A stretch of 64,000 nucleotides of DNA from Octopus vulgaris (GCA_951406725.2 OX597822.1:111538001-111602000); one strand, 5' to 3'; positions 28,875 to 42,567 are shown, counted from the stretch's first letter. A program made the numbers and translations. The notes: generated from the sequence alone by a model not told the origin.

Positions 28875-30043
28875 CGTGTAGAAAAGGTATTTTGTTGACT
28901 AAATCGGCCTAGAAGAAAATAGGAAAAAGTTGTCTTTAGCGTGATTAGAATTCAGATGATAAAATGCTGAAACACATATTGTAAGAACATTTGACGGAGT
29001 TTCTAACAGTCAGCCAATTCTTGGATCTCCTTTTATCTATAATACAAACAAGCAGTGTATGAAATTACGTGGAAATATTTCCCTTGATATTTCCTCCTTA
29101 TCTCTGCGTACAAAATCATTACTTGGACTTACCTGATTCCAGGCGCTGTTCATATGCTTGATACGCTGAGAACATTTGATCTGTGAACTACATTATAACG
29201 ATGGGGGAAAAAAATCAAGCTAAACTACAGTTTTATAACTCAAAATTGAAAAGCAAGGAGAAGACTCGGAGAGAGAGCAGAGAAGGAAGTCAAAAGAGCT
29301 AACAGATCACAGTGTAAAATGAAGGGGAGAAAGAGGAGGAGAGAAAGAGAAGAAAAAGAACGTGACAGATAGCAGCATAGAAGGAAGGGGAGAAGGAGAG
29401 AAAGAGAGAGTGAGAGTGAGAAAGAGAGGACAGACAGATAGACAGAGAAAGTGTGTGTTAAAAGTGAGAGAGTAAGAGAAAGGAAGGAGAGAGGTCGAAC
29501 GAAAATATGGATTATCTTCGTGTTCTGTTTGGTCCTAAGGCCTTATTTTGTTCGTTTGTTTATAGCAGTTCATTCATATGTCCAAAGGTCTGCTTGTTTT
29601 CATCTCTCTGACCCTAACGTCCGCTAACTGTGTCCCTTTTTGTTTACATCTATTCCCCATGTGTTTCTTAACTTTTGCATTCATGTATGTTCATTTTCTG
29701 TCCTGTATCTTGGTTTGGGCAGCCAATTTCCGGCGGCGTTTGCTATTGGGCACCACCGGTAAAGGGTGCCATATTATCGGTTAGGGGCCAAAATTCGGTT
29801 GACCCTCTGACCGATAACGGATGAAGAGTTAGCGACCATCCGTGTATGTTGCTCTGTTGTTTGTGCATTCACTATTTGTTTTTAGTTGATAATACATACA
29901 TACACAGCCATGCACACACGCATATTTATACTTGTACATCTATATCTATATACTCATATATATACAATTACACAAGTATACATCAGCATACGTATAAATA
30001 TACCTGCACACATTTATATTTTGCTTGTGGATGTATATATATA

Positions 30044-30280
30044 TATATACCAATTAAGGACTGAACACGAAAAGTGGACAGTCAACATGCTAGATATAGA
30101 CGTCAAATCGCCATTCTCCACAAAAGATTTGACGTCTATATCTAGCATGTTGACTGTCCACTTTTCGTGTTCAGTCCTTAATTGGTATATATAAATATTT
30201 TAATCTTCGGATTCTTTTTTTAATATGCTAGACCACTGGTTTTAATTTATAAATATTGATTTCTACCCTTAATTAATTTT
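30044..30280 (+). mobile_element. Fold-back element in (TA)n
   Basis: Apparently perfect arms about 30044-30109 and 30126-30192, tail of about 90 nt; related reversed copy at 21873-22056. Confidence 0.75.
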
Positions 30281-30297
30281 ATATATATATATATATA

Positions 30298-30363
<66 letters not shown>

Positions 30364-30823
30364 TTGTGTGTGTACGTATGCGTGGGACACATTTATGTAT
30401 GTTTGAAAGTAGATATCGGTTTCAATGATTGTGAGTCTTGTGAGATTATAAAGATATCCTAAAGCAGGGAAGCTGGGTTTTTTTAGCTGTATTCCATTGT
30501 AAATTGGGTGTTGAGGATTATGTTATTAAGTTATCAAACTCCAAGAATTGATCAATAGATGTCAAAATAGTGTTTCCCATTGCGAATAGTATTACTGGAC
30601 AAATTTTGTGATTTTATAGCCACTTTTCCTTATACTCTTCCCGATGTGAAAATAAACATCCTTTCCCCACATGTATACAACACTTCCGGTCACTTCACCC
30701 ATGTAACTACACACTTACTTTTCTTGGATCTTTTCCCTCTCCGGACCTTCATTCTCTCCTCTTTTGGCGACCATCTGTGACTTCGGTTTATCGACTGTTT
30801 GTGTAATTAATTATGTTTTAACT

Positions 30824-30875
<52 letters not shown>

Positions 30876-30878
<3 letters not shown>

Positions 30879-31757
30879 CCTTAAATCCTTAAAATGTTTT
30901 AGCCCGAAGGCCGCGGCCATGCTGGGGCACCACCGCTGAATGAGCTACACTAATTTGTGAATCCACCTCTGATACGTGGCACTTGATCAACAAGGGAGTT
31001 TGATGCTGCTGCCCGCATCCGCGTCTCCTGTCGTGAGATAGGTTCATTTGGGACTCCCAACAAGAAGAGATCCAGTTTAGTTTTAAAGAAACCCACATCC
31101 ACACCATGTAAGTCTCTCAGGCATTTAGGGAGGATGTTAAAGAGCTGTGGTCCTCTGAAACCCAAGCTGCTGCAGTATCTGGACCTGTATTTTGATGGTG
31201 ATGTTGGAATCCTTGGCACCATGCAGTGGCGCCTCGTTCTGCGGTTGGGGTAACTTTGAATGCCAAAGTTTGGGACAAGACCCTCCAGGATTTTCCAGAT
31301 GTATATCACCGCATATCTCTCCCGCCTCCGCTCTAGGGAGAAGAGGTTTAATACCTTCAGTCTTTCCCAGTAGCTGATATTTTGCATTGAGACGATTTTC
31401 TTTGTGTAGCTTCTCTGAATTGCTTCGAGTTCTGCTGTTATTTTTATATTGTGTGGTGACCACAGTTGGGTGCAATGGTCCAAGCGGCTGAGGACGAATG
31501 TTTTCCATAGGACTATCAGTGTCTCCTTCTCTCTTGTTCTGAAAGTTCGGAGAATCCATCCAGCTAGCCGTCTGCATTTTATCACCAGATTAGCAGTATG
31601 CACTTGGAAAGATGCATCATTGCTCATGTGAATGCCCAGGTCACGCACTGATTTTGACTCAGGGATTGCAATTCTTCCTGGGCCAGTGTATCCAGTCTGC
31701 ACGTCGTTTACCTTTGTGTGCCAGTAGCGCAGGGCCTGGAACTTACCTGCATTAAAC

Positions 31758-31761
<4 letters not shown>
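30876..31761 (-). mobile_element. 5'-truncated CR1-group LINE (RT C-terminus) inserted in (TA)n
   Basis: Open frame of about 270 codons: MQFNAGKFQALRY..RDLGI..GWILRTF..LWSPH..LEAIQRSYTKKI..SYWERLKVLNLFSLERRRER; short repeated TTAAGGAT 3' tail. Confidence 0.9.
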
Positions 31762-31801
<40 letters not shown>

Positions 31802-31803
<2 letters not shown>

Positions 31804-32130
31804 AACAAAAAATTTTATAATTATGATTATAATTACAAATAGGGTTTATCAAAAAAAAATTGCTTCACCACATACCGAAATTTAGAAATAGCAGCCAAAA
31901 CTAGCTATTTCTCTACCATAAGAAAATCTCCCAGACATGGTAGAGAAATAGCTATTTTTGGCTGCTATTTCTAAATTTCGGTATGTGGTGAAGCAAATTT
32001 GTTTGATGAACCCTAATTATAATTATACTCATAATTATAAAAATTTTTGTTTAAGTTTACCGATAATGGTTCTTTTAACATGCCGAACTACTTGGTAAAA
32101 TTATTAATTATCAATTAATTAATGTTGCTT
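31802..32130 (+). mobile_element. Fold-back element in (TA)n
   Basis: Arms about 31802-31919 and 31937-32053, tail of about 75 nt; relatives at 15815-16030 and 34435-34480. Confidence 0.75.
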
Positions 32131-32747
32131 TATATATATATATATATATATATACACAAACATACTTGAATACATATTTTCCTTGTTGTGTTTATGTTCA
32201 GTAATGAGTAAAAAAATTGCGTTAATCTGATGGGTTACTCTATACTCCATACTTACATATACCTGCACATACCTACTCACTGTTATGTTTAAATTATATT
32301 GCATGGTACCATTGTGCCATTAGCAATATTCCATTTACTTAAATGTTATGTTTTGCTATTTTGTTAGATTATGAAATTGAATTAAAGACAAATTCCTATG
32401 AAATATGTTGTGTTTATAGACTTAGTAACTAATCTGGTGCATGATTAATAGAAATGGATAAACTGCCTCTGCTTTCAGCTTTCATATGTTTATAACCAAT
32501 TCCACAAATCAATCTTTTGGTGCGCTACAGAAAACATGTTTTTCGACCAGCCGATTGTTATTTAGAAATAAACTGTCTAGAGAAAGATATATTTACTGTA
32601 CAAAGATCTGAAGGAATACAACAATGTAATATTTATGTATAAACTGTAGAGTCATAAATATATATTACAGTTATCTAGAACAACGTAACGGTGAACATTA
32701 TACTATTAATGTAAAAGCAGTTTTAGTAATTTTATCGTTAACACACT

Positions 32748-32795
<48 letters not shown>

Positions 32796-32839
32796 TTTTT
32801 CTCTCCGTCTTCCCTTCCTTGGATCTTTCCATTTCCTGT

Positions 32840-32874
32840 GTTTCTGACGAAGAGCTCCGCTCGAAACGTTAAAA
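32840..32874 (+). ncRNA. Minimal hammerhead motif, intact core
   Basis: gTTT-CTGACGA-a-GAGC(tcc)GCTC-GAAAC-GTT-AAAa, inside a pyrimidine-rich repeat (32792-32980) flanked by (TA)n. Confidence 0.75.
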
Positions 32875-33131
32875 TCCTCCTTCTTTCTTTCCTTTCCCTG
32901 AGCGTCCAATAATACTATACTTGTTCCACGTCCTCGCGTTGTTGTGTTTTCTCTTTGTGTTTTCATGTTTGGATCTACTATATATATATTTTTTTTTATT
33001 TTATTTGAAAACCCCACTAGAATGGGAGAAAGCGCTAATGATCTAAGTGATATGATATATATGTAACAAATGTAATATATAAATAAATATCTATAAATAT
33101 AAACCATCCGATCTTCTGATTACCTTATTTC

Positions 33132-33180
<49 letters not shown>

Positions 33181-33378
33181 GTGACAGAACTTGTATACAT
33201 ATTTCATGTGTTATTTACATTGGTCAGAGCTTTTCATGATGAAGAGTTTTGTCACTCAGTGGGATTATGCGAGCGCCTACACGAACCTAGAGAGGTTTTA
33301 ATGTACATCGTAAAAGTTCAAGAGGTTGAAGACTCTATTTTATGTCACCTATTTTATACTTCCTCAAAGAGCAATGGG

Positions 33379-33440
33379 AATAGATGAGTGTATTTTTACC
33401 TTGTTAACAATTAACACCTGCGTTAACTCCATTTTTTATT

Positions 33441-33482
<42 letters not shown>

Positions 33483-33546
33483 AATCAATTCTTTTTTATT
33501 GGCCACAAGGGCTGACACGCATGTGGCCAATAAAAAAGAATTGATT

Positions 33547-33622
<76 letters not shown>

Positions 33623-34179
33623 AATAAGGCTAAATAATTTCTTCGATGGTTTTTCAGACAACCAACAATTATTTACCGGTAGATTTCGGTATGTAAGTAT
33701 GACCATTAGCAGCGGGAACTTCTGTGAAGTTCAGTATATATTGTATATAAGTAGAAATTCTTAGAACCCCCTTGGAGTCAATATTCTGTCCAGCAGACCA
33801 AAAAACTTCTTTCCTTCTTCTTCCCTCTCCCTTCCCCTCTTTCTCTTTAGCACTCACCTCAGATACAAACACACACACACACATACACATACACATATGT
33901 TCTCTCTCTCACTTTCTCTTCATCCACCTCATCCTCTTGTACTGTCTTACATTCCTCCCCACCACTACGAAACTATAAAATGATTAAAATTCCCGGCAAA
34001 GGAACTTATTTTTATTTGAAAACCCCACTAGAATGGGAGAAAGCGCTAATGATCTAAGTGATATGATATATATGTAAAAAATGTAATATATAAATAAATA
34101 TCTGTAAATATAAACCATCCGATCTTCTGATTACCTCATTTCTTCTAATATATAATACCTGTACATCAACTCCAAACCT

Positions 34180-34237
<58 letters not shown>

Positions 34238-34634
34238 GAAGTGGGCTCCACATACGACATAACCCTGCAATTCACATATGCAAAATAGGAGGAATAAATA
34301 ACGAAAACAATGCCTTACCGTTAATAGCGGTAAGGCATTGTTTTCATTATTTATTCCTCCTATTTTGCATATGTGAATTGCAGGGTTATGTCGTATGTGG
34401 AGCCCCACTTGTAGAAAATAGAAATAAACAGTCTCTGACTGCTATTTCTAATTCTTTCGGTATGCGGCAAAGCAACCTGTTGCCTGTCCTTCTACTTATA
34501 TACAATATATACTGAACTTCACAGAAGTTCCCGCTGCTAATGGTCATATTTACATACCAAAATCTACCGGTAAATAATTGTTGGTTGTCTGAAAAACTAT
34601 CGAAGAAATTATTTACCCTTATTATTATTATTAT

Positions 34635-34713
<79 letters not shown>

Positions 34714-34766
34714 TAAAAAATGGAGTTAACGCAGGTGTTAATTGTTAACAAGGTAAAAATACACTC

Positions 34767-34773
<7 letters not shown>
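33379..34773. repeat. Nested inverted-repeat complex
   Basis: Outer arms 33379-33756 and 34490-34773; inner hairpins 33481-33548 and 34235-34412; direct repeat about 32997-33142 and 34008-34153. Confidence 0.85.
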
Positions 34774-34843
<70 letters not shown>

Positions 34844-35804
34844 TACATATATATGAATATTTGTGTGAGTTTGCGTGTGTGGGTGGGTGTTTGTGTATGA
34901 GTCTGTGTCTATATGTATGTGTATGTGTGCGTGTGTGATTTTCTGTTTGTATGTCAATCTGTATATAAAAACCTAATATGAAAGTGAAAGATCATTCGAT
35001 AGTTGCGTGTTTGAGTATAGGAAAAATGTTACCAGAGATCATACTTTTGGTTTCAACATTGCGATGTAGTCCTGCAAGTGGGAAATTCGAAGTCTCAGTC
35101 TTAAAGTTCATCGACATTCTATTATCGTAAATAAAAATATAATTTGCAGATACTTTTTAAACTTTCTATTCCAAAAATTAAGGCAAGTCACTCAAAGACA
35201 AACCATTGTGCTAATCTATGCATCAAAACTCTTTTGGTAGACAGTAGGGCTGATCTTCACCACACTTCATTTAATTATGTTATTTATATTACGGAATGCC
35301 GAAGAATCTATGTTGTTTCTAAGTTCATTCAAAATGAATGCGTTCGCATCCTTGATGTTTAGTTATCTACGTTTACTTTCAGCACATTAAAGAGAATGAC
35401 ATTTCGTATTTATTATACTAATGGAATATAGTTATTCTTGGTAGAAAATAGAATAACCTTCAGTGAATCCTACACGAACAACGGAAATGTAATTGCCAAT
35501 TTCTATCAAACCGAACTTATGGAACTATTTAGAAGGAAGTTCATTTGTTAATAATTGGTTTTAATGCCGCCTTTAAAAAATAAATTGTATTTTTGTACTC
35601 TTAATGATTTAGTGATAATTCATTTATAGCATACTTTGATCTCATGATAGTCTCACTCATTTAATAGTGTTTCGTCTTCAAACGTATCTACGATTCGCTG
35701 CAATTCTTATTAAAATAGAGGCATATTTTAATATTTTCAATATACGTATATATTGAAATTCACCGGGTGATCACACTCTCATTTCACATATAAGTTCAAA
35801 AATA

Positions 35805-36248
35805 GGATCTTTTCCGTTTGAACGGCAGTTTTTAACATAATTTCTAAGTAACTAAAAAATTTTAAACTTCGTATACTGGTAGAATGTGTTTATAAAACAT
35901 CTTTTTCTCTTGGCTTTATTGAGAAAATTCTATAGTTTGTAAGATATTTATTGTTTTCGTTCTTCAATTCCTGCAATTTCAACCATTCAATGACGTGTAT
36001 TCAGGTTAAAAACATTATGTGCCGTATGAATATGTCCCTTGTTTAAGAAACAGATTGGGTTTATTTACATTTATGAAGAAAAAAAAGATACCCTTCCCCC
36101 CACCCCTAACCCTAACCCTTACTAACCCTAACTAACCCTAACCCTAAAACAGATTAAAATGCAATAGATCGATACTAGGGTCATAATTATGGGTGACAAT
36201 TTCATATGACACCGCTAGAAAAAACTGCCGTTCAAACCGAAAAGATCC
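35805..36248. mobile_element. Non-autonomous DNA transposon (MITE) with internal (CCCTAA)n
   Basis: TIRs ggatcttttccgtttgaacggcagttttt / aaaaactgccgttcaaaccgaaaagatcc; aaaata near both flanks; partial copy at about 41688-41900. Confidence 0.8.
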
Positions 36249-37754
36249 CAAAATATTACTCACTTTTAATTATATAGACTTCATCCTGCACCACTAAAAG
36301 TTATTCTAATCTTCCCTTAAAAATTTTCCAATCTTCTGTAAAATTTTAATAAATATTGGCATTGTTCTTATAGTGAAAATCGACACATGAATTCATAAAC
36401 GGACAATTAATATATGACACGTTTTCATAAATTGTATAATGCCTTATTTTAAAATAAAACCAGAATTTGTGAGAAACTTTATTTATGTAATAACTTATAA
36501 ATTGCCATAGGCATAACAATATTATTCTATATCCTACTCTGTGTTGAATCTCTGTCAGAACTCCAGCTGGGTCTCATCTTGCTGGCCAAGATTTCGTCGT
36601 CTCCATCACACCTGTACATGTTATATATTACAGCGTTTATAGTGTTCACAGAGTATTGAGTAACGCTAATGTTTTCAGTATATTGATACCCAGCGCGAAT
36701 CACCATGATGCAGTTAACTCTTTCCCAATATTCAGATAGCTTCCAGATAATTTCAGGTAACTTTTTCTTAGTTACAACTTTAATCTCTTTATTCTAGAAT
36801 GCCGCTGACTGTTTTCCCTAAACTACATTTTCCTGAAGAAAAGAAAAAGAGAAAAAGAAAAAGAATAATAATAATAATCAGTTGAATTTTCATTCGTGAT
36901 TGAAAATTAGATATATCGATAACAGTGTCGTTGCAAGAAACCTAATGAAACAGTTGCAGTTGTTTCGGACAGAATATATAAGATAATTGTACTTTTCTCT
37001 TCTCCACGCAGCCATTTTGTGAATAGGCATTCAATTCTATTCTTGAGTGTTGTGTGACGTTGAAGTGTAAATGATGTCCTCTTTCCATTATATTATTTAA
37101 TAAATCTTAAATGGCATTTGCGTTTTAAGTTTTGCTGTTTACTTATCAATTTATAGATATCTGTCAAAGAAACAAAATATTAAGGTTAATAGCCCTCATT
37201 CACTTTGAAATAAGATTCCTATAATCATCTTAATACATATACCTGTAGCAGTCAATTTATACTTGAGTATATGAAGACTTTCAAATACCTGTCTCCTTCA
37301 GAACTCTCTGTCAATGGCTGAGATGCATAATTTTCATAAATGTGTCACTTCGATTTAAAATGATATTATCAAAATGTAAAAAAAAGAACTGTATGGATAC
37401 GTATATGTATGTATGTATGTATGTATGTATTTATGTATGTATGTATGTATTTATGTATGTATGTATTTATGTATGTATGTATGTATGTATGTATGTATGT
37501 ATGTACGTCACTGTTCGGTTTTATTTCAAGATTTCTTACTAAAAGAGAAAGACCCGGTTTCTAACCTAGATCCAAGGCTCCTGCTTTGAAATTACAACAC
37601 AACAGGGTATTTTTGTATGTATGAATATGTGCAGGCATCTGTGTATATACGTATGTAATTATGTATGTATATATATATATTTATATATAAAGATATATAT
37701 AAAGATATATATATATATTTATATATAGAGAGTTATATATCTCTCTATCTATAC

Positions 37755-37786
<32 letters not shown>

Positions 37787-37790
37787 ATAT

Positions 37791-37874
<84 letters not shown>

Positions 37875-38538
37875 ATTAGAGATATATGCACATGATAATT
37901 ACATATATATATATATGTATGCATGTATGCATTCGTATATCTATCTCTCACGCAATACTACCTTCCAGCATGAGTTCCATTCGTTTTCACCATCTCTCTT
38001 ATACTTCACCTTCGCAGCTGTTAGTAAGTAATGTCCATATTAATAAGTAAGAGAACTCCTAAAAATACATAAACAAACACCAATAGTGAAGAGAACGAGG
38101 GAAAAATGTATGAGATTTAGCATTCTTAAGTAGCGTAATAAAGAATTGATTTTCTCTTACTGTCGGCATGTTAATTAACTAGCTTTTGGATTTAATTAGT
38201 TTACCTGAAACATATCGCATGTCTAATTATAAAATTTCACTTGCGATATGTATGTACTAAAATTTTAAGTATATCATTTCCATTTAAAAAAATATAATTT
38301 GCTTGATATTTAATTTAATATGACGCTAGTGGTAGAGCTGTAAATAAGCGGGAAAAAAATTAGAGAACTTGACGAGCTTTAAAATCTCGGTTGAATGTAT
38401 TTCGAAATATTTTGGGGGATGCAACCAAGTAGGTGATGGCATAAGTTGATGACAACTAGCCTGGCCAATTTTCAGCGATAGTTACAAGGTCACCGGAGAT
38501 TCCCCGGCGGAATGTATGTATATATATATATATATATA

Positions 38539-38768
38539 TTTCTTTACTACCCACAAGGGGCTAAACACAGAGGGGATAAACAAGGACAGACAAACAGATT
38601 AAGTCGATTATATCGACCCCAGTGCGTAACTGGTACTTAATTTATCGACCCCGAAAGGATGAAAAGCAAAGTCGACCTCGGCGGAATTTGAACTCAGAAC
38701 GTAACGGCAGACGAAATACGGCTACGCATTTCGCCCGGCGTGCTAACGCTTCTGCCAGCTCGCCGCCG
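38539..38768 (-). mobile_element. SINE family B
   Basis: Matches other family B copies. Confidence 0.9.
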
Positions 38769-38948
38769 TATATGTATATATATATAGATGTACCATACTT
38801 GAAGCTACAAATGATGTGCGCTGACATGAAACTACAAAGCATCAACAATTATACATCAAAGCTACTATACTCTCAGCTGTCCAAGCACATTTGCTGTTAG
38901 TAAATCACGTTAATGTCCCTCGAGTTTTTAGATTTGTTATATTCATTA

Positions 38949-39164
38949 GGCGACGAGCTGGCAGAAACGTTAGCGCGCCGGGCGTAATGCTTAGCGGTAT
39001 TTCGTCTGTCGTTACGTTCTGAGTTCAAATTCCGCCGAGGTCGACTTTGCCTTTCAACCTTTCGGGGTCGATAAATAAAGTACCAGTTTCGCACTGGGAT
39101 CGATGTAATCGACTTAATCCGTTTGTCCCCTCTATGTTTAGCCCCTTGTGGGCAGTAAAGAAAT
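38949..39164 (+). mobile_element. SINE family B
   Basis: Matches other family B copies. Confidence 0.9.
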
Positions 39165-39843
39165 ATATTTTCATTCTTGCAGTTGCCACCAGACCTTTTT
39201 ATTCTATTATAGACTTTGAAAAACGTGTTAAATTAGAATTGTCTAATACGTGTTTCTATACATTATCAGGTGATTTTTGATGAACAAAAAGAATATGTAA
39301 AAGAAAAATAGATGTTATTCGGGATGCGAAGTTGATGAAGAATTATGTTTCTGTGCAGTAGCTGTTTCGAATATATCGCAGCATTTGATGGAGATTTATT
39401 TTACTTATTCTATATACCGCATTTAATTAGAGGATGCTGTATTAAATGTAGTAAACAGTTCGATATGTTGTATTATATCGAAAGTGCAACTGGTGGCTTC
39501 CCTAGAGTGTTTGACAACATTGAAGGTGGAAATTTACATTTCAAATACTTTTAACATTGACTTTACCTTCAGTTTTCATAGGAGTCATCTCACGAACTGT
39601 TGCAAATTTAAGTATAGATCTTTTTGTTTATTACCGCAAGGTTCTGATTTTCCAGAGAAACTAGACAAAATGATTAAGTGTTATATTCTTAATATTCTGT
39701 CGTCCTGTGGCTGGTTTTACTGCACCAAATCTAGTCAACTAGGAAACGAATACCAGTAACTTTATTGAGCGGTCTGGAGAAAGAAGCACTGATAATGGTT
39801 TTCATATTTTGATCTTTGACTAAACTAGTATAATGGGACAATT

Positions 39844-40233
39844 GTGGAGGCGCAATGGCCCAGTGGTTAGGGCAGCGGACTCGCGGTCATAGGATCGCGG
39901 TTTCGATTCCCAGACCGGGCGTTGTGAGTGTTTATTGAGCGAAAACACCTAAAAGCTCCACGAGGCTCCGGCAGGGGATGGTGGTGATCCCTGCTGTACT
40001 CTTTCACCACAACTTTCTATCACTCTTACTTCCTGTTTCTGTTGTACCTGTATTTCAAGGGGGCCGGCCTTGTCACTCTCTGTGTCACGCTGAATATCCC
40101 CGAGAACTACGTTAAGGGTACACGTGTCTGTGGAGTGCTCAGCCACTTACACGTTAATTTCACGAGCGGGCTGTTCCGTTGATTCGGATCAACCGGAACC
40201 CTCATCGTTGTAACCGACTGAGTGCTTCCATCC
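39844..40233 (+). mobile_element. tRNA-derived SINE family C with 12-bp TSD
   Basis: tRNA-like head ggcgcaatggcccagtggttagggcagcggactcgcggtc..ggtttcgattccc; aatgggacaatt at 39832-39843 and 40234-40245. Confidence 0.92.
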
Positions 40234-42142
40234 AATGGGACAATTAACTACAATTTATATATGTACATGACATCAATTTGAAATAAATAGAAGATTTTAG
40301 ATATAAACAAAAGTATTTGCAAAAGAGCTCCTGAGCTTGAGGTAAATTATCAGATGAAAATGTGAGACTATGCCAGATAAAGAGATGTAAGAGAATTAAA
40401 CTGAATACATTTAAGAATCAAGTCACTAGACATATTTTAATACCCATACAATAGAAAATAGGAAGAGACTAGACAGGGATATTCAAGAATTAAATTAATA
40501 ACTAAAATATACCGAAATAAAGAAAATAATGTAATGTCCCTTAATTGTCTTGATTTAAAAGTAGTAAGACACAATATTTTAATAGCGAAATGAATTAGCC
40601 GAGACTAGATAGACAGGAACAATAATTTCTGTTTTTACAATACACCATAAAAATTATATTTGTTATTCATACAAGGAATGGATGCGATTTAGAAGAATAG
40701 ACATATATTACTGGAAAATATCCATTTTAGCACAAAATGACTATTAAAGAACAATGGAAGTGATTAAAGTAGCTGCAAAACACTGAAAAAATAAATGAAA
40801 TGGAAACTGTTTTCTAACTTCAAGTAGGTCACCGAATAAAAGACTGCTTTTTGAAAGACTGACTGCTGTAAGGAGAAAAGATAAACAACCTTAGACATTG
40901 TAAAAAGGCTAATAGGTAAGGAAAACGTAGAGCTACAGATTTGCATGTTTAAGGTGTGTTAAGAAAGTAGCCCTACGCCCAATAAAACACAAAAATTATT
41001 TGTGAGGAAATGTACAATATGAAATCGAAATTCTGTCTGAGAAATTGCAGGTCCACAAAACGTTAAAATTTATTTATAGCACAGAGATGGGCCATTTTCG
41101 TTTATAGCCCGAAAGGTATGTAAGGAGAAACTACACGATAATTAACTGTGGAATATGTGGAGGAATGAGAAAATGCAAATGGTAAGCGAAGGCAGACTAT
41201 AAACAGAGGTAAATTATCATTGGATCTTTGTCATAAATCGATATTGTGTAATGAGTGAAATACCAACAGAAATGTGAGGGAATAAACATGTATCTAATGT
41301 GTCTGCACACACACGAGTATCCGACGATGAAAAGAGATTGCAAGAGGAAGTTCAGTCACAGAGATTCTTAAAGTCGATGACCCTCAGGAGAATTTTATAG
41401 TCCACACACACCCACACATACACACACACCCACACACACACACACACACACACTCACACACATATCGAAGTTTCATTGCCATCGGACATAAATATGTCTA
41501 GACGAAATATAAATAACTAGAAATAGATATTACTAAATGATCGAAAATGAAAACAAAATGCCGTATCTTTACTAATACGAACATTATAAATAATTAATAA
41601 ATACAAGCATCGACAGAAAAATTCATAGGCTAGCAAAATCTTCTCATTGAATGTGAACAAATGATGTTCATTTCTCAGTCAAGTCTCGGATCTTTTCACT
41701 TTGACTGGCAGATTTTTAATAAACATTTTTGTAACTAAACACTTTTAAACTTCGTATACTGGTAGAATGTGTCACATAAAACATCTTTTTCTCTTAGCGT
41801 TCTTGAGAAAATTCTGTAGTTTGTAAGCTATTTGTTGTTAAATTTCTCGTATTTCGGCAATTTCAACCAATCAATGACGTCTATTCAGGTGAAAACAATT
41901 ACTGCTGTTGTTTGTCAACAAGAAGTCATCACTACTTATTTTTTGGTGTCTCCTTTAACAGTCAGATGTACGTTTAGCTGGAAAGGAACAATGCAGTTAT
42001 TACTAAGATTAGTTTAAATGAATGCATGCAAGATTTCACACCCCTAGCATCATTCCTTCAGAGTCAAGATTTGAAGATTACAGTATACGCTCCTGTGAAA
42101 ATATAGTTTTAGCCAACTAAATTTACAAATAGAGGCAGTATA

Positions 42143-42567
42143 GGCGCAGGAGTGGCTGTGTGGTAAGTAGCTTGCTAACCAACCACATGGTTCCGGGTTC
42201 AGTCCCACTGCGTGGCATCTTGGGCAAGTGTCTTCTGCTATAGCCCCGGGCCGACCAAAGCCTTGTGAGTGGATTTGGTAGACGGAAACTGAAAGAAGCC
42301 TGTCGTATATATGTATATATATATATGTGTGTGTGTATGTGTTTGTGTGTCTGTGTTTGTCTCCCTAGCATTGCTTGACAACCGGTGCTGGTGTGTTTAC
42401 GTCCCCGTCACTTAGCGGTTCGGCAAAAGAGACCGCTAGAATAAGTACTGGGCTTACAAAGAATAAATCCCGGGGTCGATTTGCTCGATTAAAGGCGGTG
42501 CTCCAGCATGGCCGCAGTCAAATGACTAAAACAAGTAAAAGAGAAAAGAGAAAGAAAGAGAAAAGAG
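42143..42567 (+). mobile_element. tRNA-derived SINE family A, full length
   Basis: Nearly identical to 10768-11176. Confidence 0.9.

Noticed and set aside
34166-34408. ORF listed on + strand
   Set aside because: The peptide matches the minus-strand reading of the hairpin and (TA)n; non-coding either way.
36103-36146. Chromosome end or fusion site
   Set aside because: Short degenerate repeat internal to a TIR element.
39844-39915. tRNA gene
   Set aside because: tRNA-like head continues into a multi-copy body with TSDs, so it is a SINE.
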